Source: Octopus sinensis
Lineage: Eukaryota
Length of the DNA: 64,000 nt
Reading direction: 5' to 3'
Assembly (NCBI RefSeq): GCF_006345805.1
Contig: NC_043000.1
Span: 65,534,001-65,598,000 of the forward strand
In this document: piece after piece, positions 36,741 through 46,905 of the stretch
Layout of the letters: the number at the start of each line of letters is the position of its first letter
How positions within the stretch are numbered: position 1 is the first letter of the stretch
Made by a program: the position numbers and the translations under genes
Notes under the pieces: generated by a model
What the model was told of the DNA's origin: nothing
Seen by the model: the letters and a program-made list of their open reading frames with translations, nothing else
Databases searched by the model: none

Positions 36741-38062
36741 AAAAAATACATTCATATATACATACATCCATACATACATACGCGCATACACACACACATG
36801 TATACAATGTATCGAATTCATTACGAAGCCGTAATCTTGTCTTTTTTTAAAAGATATTCGTTCAATATTGAGTTACAGACACTCCCCATTAGAAAGAAAT
36901 GCATCGAACTAATGATTGGCCGGTTGGAAACTTGTAACCGACTAAGCTATCGTTCATCAGTGTGGACTAAAATAAATAAGTGCTACTTTAATTCAACATA
37001 ATAGGCCATGCTAGAAACTGACTCACTAAAGAGAAAAATATTACCGACGGAAAGTTGTAAAGAAAGCAAAGCCAAGATGATAATAGCGAGTAAAGCGAGC
37101 AGTGCTGCCTAAACAAAGACTACTGCTGCTGCTTAACACTTTATTTAGAATAGGTCAAATATGATTGACTCGTTGAAGGAAGTTAGAAAATATAACAATC
37201 GACAGAATGTTTCGTATATATTTATTTATTTATTTATTTATTTTTAACATTGACGAAGTGAAAGAAAAAACGTAATATGTTACCTACCTACCTATCTAAA
37301 CAAAGAAAACGACGGCGAGAGTTTCTAATGTGAGAAGGCATTGACGACCTCTATCACTTCTACATGGTATGATTACATAAACATTTAACTAAAATTTTTC
37401 TAACGTAATCTTTGTCCGGCTATGTTAATTTGAATATATAATTCCGTTCTTTTCTCTCTGCCCGTCACTCCTGCTTTCTCTCGACAACGTGATTTGCCTA
37501 GTGTAGATAAGTAATGTTTTACTGTACTACTTATAGTGTTAGCTAAATTATTCTTTTAGTGACGTAGGCTGGTATATTTGAGCAATATCCCGTCGGCTCG
37601 TTCCTAGAAAACGTTGCTCATGATTGTTCTATTTGTTCGATTGACTTGCTACAAATAGTAAACACATTTTTCCCAAATCACATACCCAACTGTCTAAATT
37701 AAGGAATGAAAATAAATCTGTAATAAAATATAATAAGATAAGTGTGATTACAGCTAGAATGCTTCTGATTATAAGATTACTCAATTGGAAAAGACCTGGG
37801 GCTAAAAAAAAAGCAGCAACAACGATATCAAAAAGAATCTGTAAAGAATAGATATACAACCTTCCAAACATACAGTTTGAAATACCTACAGGCTGTTCTA
37901 GTTTGAAAATTAAATTACTGAAACTTGTATTTCTTTTCTTTTCCTCATCGACCTTTACCTTGATAAAGGGCAAACTAACCGAAAAGTTGATAACTCTTCG
38001 CTTCCCTTCATAGCTTAAAATATAGATTTTTTGTTTTTCATTATGACCTTTATCTTTAACTT

Positions 38063-38410
38063 GTTTCCGTCATTGGACAGCAGCCATGCTAGGGTACCGG
38101 CTTGAAGGGATTAGTCGAATGAATCGACCCCAGTATTTATTTTCTAAACCCGATACTTACTCAATCGTATCTTTTGCCGAACCACTAGGTTACAGGAATG
38201 CTAACAAATCAACATCAGTTGTCAAGAGGTGGAGGAGAGAGACGCACAAGTATAGATATGTATACGAATGGCTTCTTTCAGTTTCTGTCTACCAAATCCA
38301 CTCCAAAGCTTTGGTCGGCCCGGGGGCTATAGTAGAAGACACTTTCCCAAGATGTCACGCAGTGGGACTGAATCCAAAACTACATGGTCGCGAAACAAGC
38401 CACACCATGT
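38063..38410 (-). mobile_element. Full-length SINE family A
   Basis: Body plus head as at 31045-31418. Confidence 0.8.
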
Positions 38411-38724
38411 ACGTCTATATGAAATGGACGCGCGCGTGCGTGCACGTGTATGTGTGAGAGAGAAAGAGAGTGAAAAAGAGAGACAGAGTGAGTGAGTGAA
38501 GTGTATGCCGTGATGATTAATGTCTTTTAAAGTACACAAACATATAGAAAAGATGACGTCATCACAAAATATTTACCATAGTTGATTCATAGAAAAGATT
38601 ATAATGTTAAATTCTTGAAATGCAAATATGTGAACGGAAATTGTTTCATTTGTAGCCGAAATAGTACAGAATCTTTTGATATCCCATACGTCAAAATCGG
38701 TAACTCAGTTTTGAAATGCATAAG

Positions 38725-38819
<95 letters not shown>

Positions 38820-39559
38820 AGACTTCTTTCAAACTGTAAGTATTATCTCACATTACAACAAAGACGTAATACTGAAATAGTGTAAGAGATAAGAGATTGC
38901 TCTGGGCTCGCATTAGGCAAGAAGTTGGAAATTTATTTGGCCCATGACACTGCATGGACCTTGGCTTTTGTATTTGATGACTGTTGCTTTAAGTATTTTA
39001 TTTCGATTTTTATGCATATATATATGTGTGTATGAGCCAATGAGGGAGACCTCTCCATGGTAGCTAAACCTGGTAGAAATAGCAGCCAAATCTCCATCAA
39101 AACACCCTACTTGTCTTAATCCGACAATTCTACCTGTTATGTAGTTTTAATGAGAAACTGTAACTAACTATTAAGATTATTAACCCCAAACTTGGACGGT
39201 GTTAAGTAGTGGAGATGTTTGGTGATTGCATGTGGCGGTTACTTTTCACTGTTTATTCTCAATAAGTATAATTGATTAATAACGAATCTTAACACAATAT
39301 ATATGCAACTTTAAGTGGAATCGGACATCATAAGGGAGACAGAGAGAGAGGAAAGAAGTGAGACAGCATAGCGACGGTTTTGATTGACTGTCATCATATA
39401 TTCCTTTTGTTGCTGGCGAAATAGTACGTGCCGACTGTCTGAGCAACTACGTTGCTTTTAATGGCGGAACAACCAGGACAAAAAATTACAAAAATAGAGA
39501 TTCTCACTTTGAAACTAACAATTTTGAAACTCTTTTTAGATTACGGAACGCTCCACTCT

Positions 39560-39654
39560 GTCATGTTTCCGTGTTTAAAATTTCAGCGCGATCGGATGAA
39601 CAACACTCGAGTTATAATCGCAGAAACGGACAGACATACAGAACGGATTTTATA

Positions 39655-39660
<6 letters not shown>
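39560..39660 (+). mobile_element. Helentron/DINE-1-like 3' end
   Basis: tgtttaaaatttcagcgcgatcggatg..acggacagacatacagaacggattttatatatat: GGAC/AGAC repeats and a TTTTATATATA terminus. Confidence 0.55.
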
Positions 39661-39751
<91 letters not shown>

Positions 39752-39767
39752 ATATTATATATATATA

Positions 39768-39809
<42 letters not shown>

Positions 39810-40589
39810 GCATATATGGGTATAGGACGTCACCAAACACTAAACAACATGAAATACGAAAGCAAATGAGTTCAATACGCTAACAACGAGAAAAACAAAT
39901 GAAAAACAGGACAAGTAACATAAAAAACGACCCTTCATCAGTTGTCGGTTGTCTCTCTACTCCCCGTTTCGAGCATTGAACGACAATATGAGTCTTCGAA
40001 GACAGTTGCTCCCATATGTACCAAAATAATATTTGGGACTTATGGAGGGTCAAAGTTTGGAACAAAAACAGGACAGTGGAGACATACAAGGAAACCGAAC
40101 GAAAACAAACATGGAGGGTCATTAGACCAGAACGAGGGTAAAATTGCGAACGCTGGAGAAATACTTTCTTTGACAAGAGAATATATATAAGAGAGAGATA
40201 GGGTACGTGCTGTCGGCTGTCTGTCTACTCCCCATTTCGAGCATTGTTGGTAATGTTTTCCGTTATCCTGACAACACGTCTTTATTTTTCCGTTCGGAGT
40301 AGAGTTTTTTTTTTATCTGTTATGGTTTTGCCGCCAATTTTTTTTTCTCTCCTTTGGCGATACCACCAGATTGTCGGATGTTGTCGAAATTGTGATATTT
40401 TTCGCCAACCGATGTAGGATAATCAATGTATGTGTTCGTTCGCTTGTATGTTTTTGTTTTCGTCTTTCATGTAAAGTTTTTGTCATCCACTTTTCGTATA
40501 TATATTTGTGTGTTTGTGTATATGTATGTATGTGTGTGTGTGCGCGCGCGCATGTGTGTATGTGTGTGTGTGTGTGTGTGTTTCTTTAT

Positions 40590-40765
40590 GTTTGTATTTG
40601 TCCCTCACCTTTGCTTGACAATCAGTGCTTACGTCCCTGTAAATTAGCGGTTCGGATAAAAGAAACTGATAAAATAAGACTTAGGATCGATTTGTTTGAT
40701 TAAACCCTTTAAGGCGGTGCCCCAGCATGGCCGCAGTCCAATGACTGAAACAAATAAAAGATAAT
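40590..40765 (+). mobile_element. SINE family A body
   Basis: gcttgacaatcagtgcttacgtccctgtaaattagcggttcgg..aaggcggtgccccagcatggccgcagtccaatgactgaaac. Confidence 0.75.
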
Positions 40766-41018
40766 AACTAAGTAAGAATTTACAAACTGAATATTAGAAA
40801 TATTGAAATTAATCAAAATTAAAAACAAAATTTTCCTTAAAATGTGAGACAAACTAAAGTTTTCAGTGTAGAATGGGAGTTTCTGCAGTCCCTAAATTTT
40901 AGATCAGGACCATAAATGAGCGATTATTTAAAATAAAATTTGCTATCGGAATGCTGAAATGTTAAATTTAGAGAGGATATAAGCAAATGAATACATTTTA
41001 TTATTTCTTTAACACATA

Positions 41019-41195
41019 GGCGGTGAGCTGGCAGAATCGTTACTGCGCCGGGCAAAATGCATAGCAGTATTTCGTCCGACTTTACGTTCTGAGTTCAAAT
41101 TTCGCCGAGGTCCACTTGAGTACTGGAGGCCAGTGTAAATCAACTTACACTCTCCTGAAATTGTTGGCCTTGTGCCAACATTTGAAACAGATATT
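41019..41195 (+). mobile_element. tRNA-derived SINE family B
   Basis: Head ggcggtgagctggcagaatcgtt..B-box gagttcaaattt..ttggccttgtgccaacatttgaaac. Confidence 0.75.
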
Positions 41196-41349
41196 TCTTT
41201 AATACCTATTGACATCGAAAAAATCCTTGCGACCAAAAGATATGCTCATTTTAACTGCTTCATATAGATATGGTAACCAAAACCCCTTCAAAGAACACTT
41301 TCTTAATTTGAAATAATACGAACTTACAGGGTAATATTGATCATAGATA

Positions 41350-41480
41350 ATGGTTTCCGATTTTGGCACAGGGCCAACAGTTCTTGAGAGGAAGGTGAAG
41401 TACTTGATTGGTACTCATTTTATCGACCCCGAAAAGATGAAGGGTAATATCGACCTCGGCGGAATTTGAGCTCAGAACGA
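41350..41480 (-). mobile_element. SINE family B, inverted relative to 41019
   Basis: ttttggcacagggcca..ggtactcattttatcgaccccgaaaagatgaagg..cgacctcggcggaatttgagctcagaacg. Confidence 0.75.
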
Positions 41481-43541
41481 ACGTGATCAAAGATGATGAA
41501 AGCAGGATAAAGGAGAATCATAATAAGATGGAAATGCTTTGACTATAGTTGTGTTTGATCGGAGACGAAAGAGCAAAAACAAATACCAGCAACCACGATT
41601 AGACGTTACTCAATATAGTGAAATAATGAATATAGTGAAAAACGAATTAGTAACTGTAAAACATTTAATGAGATATATTTAACCTTTCCTGAAATCCATT
41701 GCTCTGCTACACTTCTGCAATAATATACAACAAAAATATGATTACTTATACATTGCAAAATGGCCATTGAAATATTTTGGTCATAATATTAATGTAGTTC
41801 AGAAACGGTAGTGGGATGAATAAAATACTTTATGGTGTTTAGTTACGGATTTTTCCGGATTTCATTTTAAATACTGTACAAGTCAAGTTTGGATGAGATT
41901 GTAGTAATGGTAAGTCTTGATGGAGTTGTAGGAGTGCTGTCATAACTTACGATGTGCTTTGTGCATCTTAAACGCGATGGAGTCCATTCCTTTCCAGATC
42001 TGTACACGACCGATAGGTTTCAAAAAGAAAAAGAACGAGAAGAAACGAGAAAGAGACAAAGAAGAAGAGGAGAATCAACGTCAATACTTTATTTATCGAC
42101 TCCACAAGTATGAAAGGCAAAATTGATCTCGTCAGTATTTGAACTCAGAGCGAAAAGAGCCAGAATGAATATTGCAAGGCATTTTTATCCTACGCTTTAA
42201 CGACTGTATCAAATTGCTTGCTCCCTCACCAGTCAAGTATTGGGGTCAATATAATCGACTATTCCCTACTTAAAATTGGAAGCCTTACGGCTGTGTTAGG
42301 AATCAATATTATAAAACTAAGCTGTCACACGATGCAAAACTTTTATTTCGACGAAAGTAACACGATACTTCGAGTTAAAACAATACTGTGTCGTTCGAGA
42401 CGTTAAGGGTAAGGTTTTAAGATTTCACTGCTAAATTTAGCTGGCCGAGTGACAACATTGAGGCTCCCACCGATTTTTCTGTTGTCGATAAGAATAATAA
42501 GAAAATACTAGAGTTTATTCTTTGACCTATATATCTTAGCTTGTTACACGACTGTCTTCGTTGGCTCATGTTAAAACATATAAGAAATAACTGGAAGAAC
42601 TTAGCGCTGTACATAAATAGATCGGATTGAACGTGCTTTTGCTGCGACTCAAGTACGTTGAACAAATAAATAAACCAGTTTGTTTCTATACGTACAGATG
42701 TCACAGCAACTGAAACAATCTTGTTATGTTATACTATACCAATAATTTTCTTTGATATTGAACAGTCGTATAGTTTGAACACTTATTTTAAACCGTAGTT
42801 ACAGACGACAAACTGCCAGAACGGTTCAGTAATAACATTTTAAAATTAATCTCATCTCCAGACATATTGCTTCAAAAATGTATCCATTTCCCAAAGTAAA
42901 ATGGCGATAAACAGAAAATTAGAGATAGGGTTATTGATTATTGGTATTGAACAAATGGATATATTTGGATCTTTAATAGTAAAACACGAAATAGATTTCT
43001 GTGGATATAATTAGAAATATTGATTGTTTTTTTTCATTTGTTTTGTTTATTTTTTTCTTCTACTGTCTCTATCAATTTCACTCAGTTATAAATGAAATAA
43101 GTGAACGGAAGGATTTTAACCTAGATGCTATTAGTATATTACTTGTAATTAAATATGCTTGACATACAGGCAGTTACAAACAGAAAGAGGAAATATTTCA
43201 CGTTGGTAGAAAATACGTGCATCAATACTGACAAAAACGTCTTGTGGTATTTTCGTAAATCTAAGCAGTTCTCATTTTATGGTCTTTTCAGAAACTGCAC
43301 TATTGAATTATTCCCTTAGAAGGCGGATTGTTTCTAACTTTAAAAAGGCTCATATATTTTTATTGCATCTATTAAAGTAGCACGAAAGCTTATGCTAAGC
43401 TCATCCTTATATTAATTATTGATGCAGTTATTGTATGTTAGTTTTCCTTTAAGGCATTTTTATGTCTTCATTTACTAATAGGAGAGATACACGTGAGTCT
43501 ACACACGCACATACACACACACACACAGCACACACAATACG

Positions 43542-43578
<37 letters not shown>

Positions 43579-43825
43579 TCTTTTCTTTAATTATCAGGAA
43601 GAAAAGTTTAGACTCATTTAATGTCGGAACATATTCATACTGTCTTGGTTGGCTCCAAAGTTGCTAAATTGGACTACAAGCAACGGATTACGCTACTCTT
43701 CATGGCTGCACGTTGCCATATTTGTTTTCATGATATAGATTTAGGCCACAAGCTACTTTGCATTGAATATCGTATTAAAATGTCGAGTAAATACAGTAGA
43801 ACTGACCTACAAGGAATCCTTTTCT

Positions 43826-43887
<62 letters not shown>

Positions 43888-43934
43888 CGTGTGTGTGTGT
43901 GCGCGTGTGTATGTGTGCGTGTGTGTGTGAGACG

Positions 43935-44090
43935 ACGAATTTACACTTATTTACATTATTCACATTTGCCGGAAATTTATCCTCATCTTGTTTGTTGTTA
44001 ACACAACGTTTCGGCTGATATACCCTCCAGCCTTCATCAGGTGTCCTGGGGAAATTTCGAACCTGGGTTCTCATTCCTTAGGTATTTTTT
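43935..44090 (-). mobile_element. PLE pseudo-LTR copy 1 (inverted)
   Basis: About 150-bp near-identity, in reverse complement, to 46030-46190. Confidence 0.85.
44001..44045 (-). ncRNA. Minimal type I hammerhead ribozyme (copy 1)
   Basis: gACAC CUGAUGA A GGCUG-gaggguauau-CAGCC GAAA CG U U GUGU. Canonical core, perfect stem II, palindromic stem III ACGU. Confidence 0.85.
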
Positions 44091-44119
44091 CGCTACTTAT
44101 ATTCTGTAGTGATCCTGTA

Positions 44120-44480
44120 CAGCGGCGCGCGCGCGCGCCGTCCTTTTCTGTTTCGCGCGTGAGTGTTGGTGCCTTCACCAAGACAGAGAGGAAGGGCCCT
44201 CTCGCGCATGCGTGAAGCACCGGAAGTAGGACCCTTTTGCCTACGTGGCAGTTAGCCGAGGCAAGGGGGTCGTAGAACGTTTGACCACTAGCAGCAGCAA
44301 GCAGCGACTTGAGACAGGGCGACTGAAGGCAACGGTCACGTATATTTTCTCTCTGTCCGAATTTGATTCTAGCAGCAGTCAGCCTTTTCATAGAAGAAGA
44401 CGCATATTATCTTCGTCTCTCCCTGACATTTGTTGCCGACATCATCATCTCCCTATTCCGGACGCCATCTTGGCAGTGTT
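44120..44480. promoter_or_regulatory. Housekeeping-type promoter-like CpG island
   Basis: NRF1-like gcgcatgcgt (about 44204), ETS/GABP accggaagt (about 44219), YY1 cgccatctt (about 44463), and GC/CpG-rich non-PLE sequence. Confidence 0.55.
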
Positions 44481-44649
44481 GTTTTGCATTTGAACACTTT
44501 CTTATTTTACAGCGATAAAGTTCAGCTCTGACACATCTATACCAAAGGGATACCAGATACACCAATTATCTGTTACCACATAAGAGAATAAAGTAGATAT
44601 ATATTATTTACGCCTGCGTCTTGTTGTTTCTGACTGGTAGGGAATCTGG

Positions 44650-45527
44650 ATTATTAAAGCAACGGAAAGTGATTGCTTCTCGCACCCCCAAAAGGTCCAG
44701 AGAAGATATTCACACTAATTTCGTTACAATTCATTGCTCGAAGTTTTAGGCACTGAGCAATCCCGCTCTTTACACTGTATGGATGGTGGGAGTTGAAGTT
44801 GAGGTATCGTCCAGTGAAGGTCGGCTTGCGGTATACGGATGTCATGAATACACACTTGGTGCGTGTTATTAATACGTCCAGAATGCTAGCTAATTGTCTT
44901 TTTCTTTTTCCATTGTGAACTGTATGGATGGCTTTATTGAGTTCACATGATCTAACAGCACTTGGACATCTTCCTGGTGGGGCTAGAGTATGAAGGTGTC
45001 ACCAACATAGGGTTGGTTTTAGTGGTGTTGATCCTAAAGTCAAATTCTCAAAGTATTCCATGTATATATTGGATTTTATCGGTGATAATGGCGAACCCAT
45101 TGCTAAACCCTCTTCGTGTCGATATATATCAGTGTCCATACTGAAGTAGGTAGTTTCAACACAGAAGGTCAACATTTCCATCAAGTTTCTTATTGGTATA
45201 CTAATGCGTTCTTCTAGATGGGTGTCTGCCACTAGTTTTTCTTGAATCATCGATAGTGCTTCACCAGTTGGGACTTTGGGGAACAGACTTATCACATCTA
45301 GACTCACCATCTGGTTGGATTCAATGAGGGTATCCTAGATCAATTCTGTGAAGTGGATGGAATTCTTCACATACGATGTTGACTTACCTGCTAATGGACT
45401 GATTATATCCACAAGGAAGTGGCTCAGTGGATGACATGCTGAACCTCTACAGCTCATTATAGGTCTTAATGGAATACCATCCTTGTGAATCTTAAGAAGA
45501 CTGTACATGTGTGGTAGTTTACTGTAG
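44650..45527 (-). mobile_element. PLE (Poseidon-like) reverse-transcriptase fragment, inactivated
   Basis: YSKLPHMYSLLKIHKDGIPLRPIMS.., SLDVISLFPKVP, GLAMGSPLSP..ANIYME-like, catalytic YVDD mutated to YVGD with a frameshift, VYRKPTFTGRYLNFNSHHP. Confidence 0.92.
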
Positions 45528-45545
45528 TGTTCGAAATTTCCCCAA

Positions 45546-45591
45546 GACACCTGATGAAGGCTGGAGAGTATACTAGCCGAAACGTTGTGTC
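45546..45591 (+). ncRNA. Minimal type I hammerhead ribozyme (copy 2)
   Basis: GACAC CUGAUGA A GGCUG-gagaguauac-UAGCC GAAA CG U U GUGUC. Stem I is a perfect 5 bp. Predicted cleavage after 45586. Confidence 0.85.
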
Positions 45592-45963
45592 AACAACAAG
45601 CAAGATGGGGACAAATATCCGTCAAATGTAAATAATGTAAATAATGTACACAATTCCTCATCTCTTAAATATAGAACTGTATTACCTAATCGGTATGGAG
45701 TCGACATTAGACTTCAATGGAGATATATAGAGAAACTCCATCAAAAACTAGCTCGTCTTTCAAACCATCTAACTTTCCCGTGTAGATGTAGAGACTCAAA
45801 GCTAATACCACCTGGCTTGAATATAATGACACCAGTGGATTCATATAAAGCTAGGAGAGTAGCGGAAAGGGCAGGACATGCCCTCGTCAGTGAGAGGATC
45901 TATTACAACCGTTGGAAAAAACATCAACTAAATAACGTAATGGTTAAGAGCGCGGGCTACTAA
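45577..45963 (+). pseudogene. PLE ORF N-terminal domain fragment (open frame, no upstream ATG)
   Basis: Manual translation ..NRYGVDIRLQWRYIEKLHQKLARLSNHLTFPCRCRDSKLIPPGLNIMTPVDSYKARRVAERAGHALVSERI.. matches the PLE N-terminal (KLAR..NH..FL.RC....LIP.GL) pattern. Confidence 0.75.
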
Positions 45964-45998
45964 CCCCAAGAATCCGAGTTTGATTCCAGGCAGTGACC
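45936..45998 (+). other. tRNA-like (Pol III A/B box) segment upstream of pLTR copy 3
   Basis: gtaatggttaagagc (D-arm/A-box-like), ggg-ctactaa-ccc (anticodon-loop-like), gagtttgattcc (B-box-like). Incomplete cloverleaf, not a tRNA gene. Confidence 0.6.
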
Positions 45999-46076
45999 CG
46001 AATAATAATAAGAAGAAGAATAACAACATCGAAAAAAATACTTAGGAATGAGAACCCAGGTTCGAAATTTCCCCAG

Positions 46077-46122
46077 GATACCTGATGAAGGCTGGAGGGT
46101 ATATTAACCGAAACGTTGTGTT
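46077..46122 (+). ncRNA. Minimal type I hammerhead ribozyme (copy 3, stem II weakened), within pLTR 46030-46200
   Basis: GAUAC CUGAUGA A GGCUG-gaggguauau-UAACC GAAA CG U U GUGUU, with one C.A mismatch in stem II. Predicted cleavage after 46117. Confidence 0.7.
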
Positions 46123-46806
46123 AACAACAAACAAGATGAGGACAAATATCCGTCAAATGTAAATAATGTACATAATTCCTCATCTCTTAAATATAGAACT
46201 GAATTTACACTTGTTGGATATTAAATATAGATATTGGATATTAAATATCTCTTAAATATAGAACTGAATTTACACTTGTAAGATATCTTACGGAATTTGT
46301 TCCGCGTCTCTGTCTTTGAGTTCGAATCCTGCTCCTAAATCAAGAAGCGCCGACAGATAGTATCATACACTTACTTCCGTCCGTCCTTCCCTCCACCCAT
46401 ACTTCCATCCTTACACCCACACACACACGTGTGTGTGTGGGGGGGAGTGCGTATGTGTGTGTGTATGTACGCGCGCATGCGTGTATGTGTGTGTACATAT
46501 CTCTCGGTTGATTGATTGTTCTCTTTTTGGCAAGGGAGAGAATCGTCTGCTCAGTTCGTTGCTTTTGTTAGCAAGAGGAATATAATTTTATTAAATTAAT
46601 ATGAATACATTTTCTTTCTTTTAACTTTTCTTTTTATTATAGAGCTCTTTTAACACTCGCATATAGCTAGGTCAGTTTCTTTAGACATCATCAGAAAGAA
46701 GTTTTATTTCATCAAATTGAATTATTATTAACTTTTCATGAGTATAAGGTTTACAATGAAAGTATTTCTTTAGCATAAAGGCATTATCTTTCGCAGTTAA
46801 TGATGT

Positions 46807-46807
<1 letters not shown>

Positions 46808-46837
<30 letters not shown>

Positions 46838-46905
46838 AAGAAGAAGAAGAAGAAGAAGAAGAAGAAGAAGAAGAAGAAGAAGAAGAAGAAGAAGAAGAAG
46901 AAGAA
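46808..46905. repeat. Compound (TAG)n-(AAG)n microsatellite
   Basis: Directly visible. Confidence 0.95.

Noticed and set aside
45936-45998. tRNA gene
   Set aside because: No acceptor stem and a broken anticodon stem. It is a tRNA-derived repeat head, as are those at 8891 and 41019.
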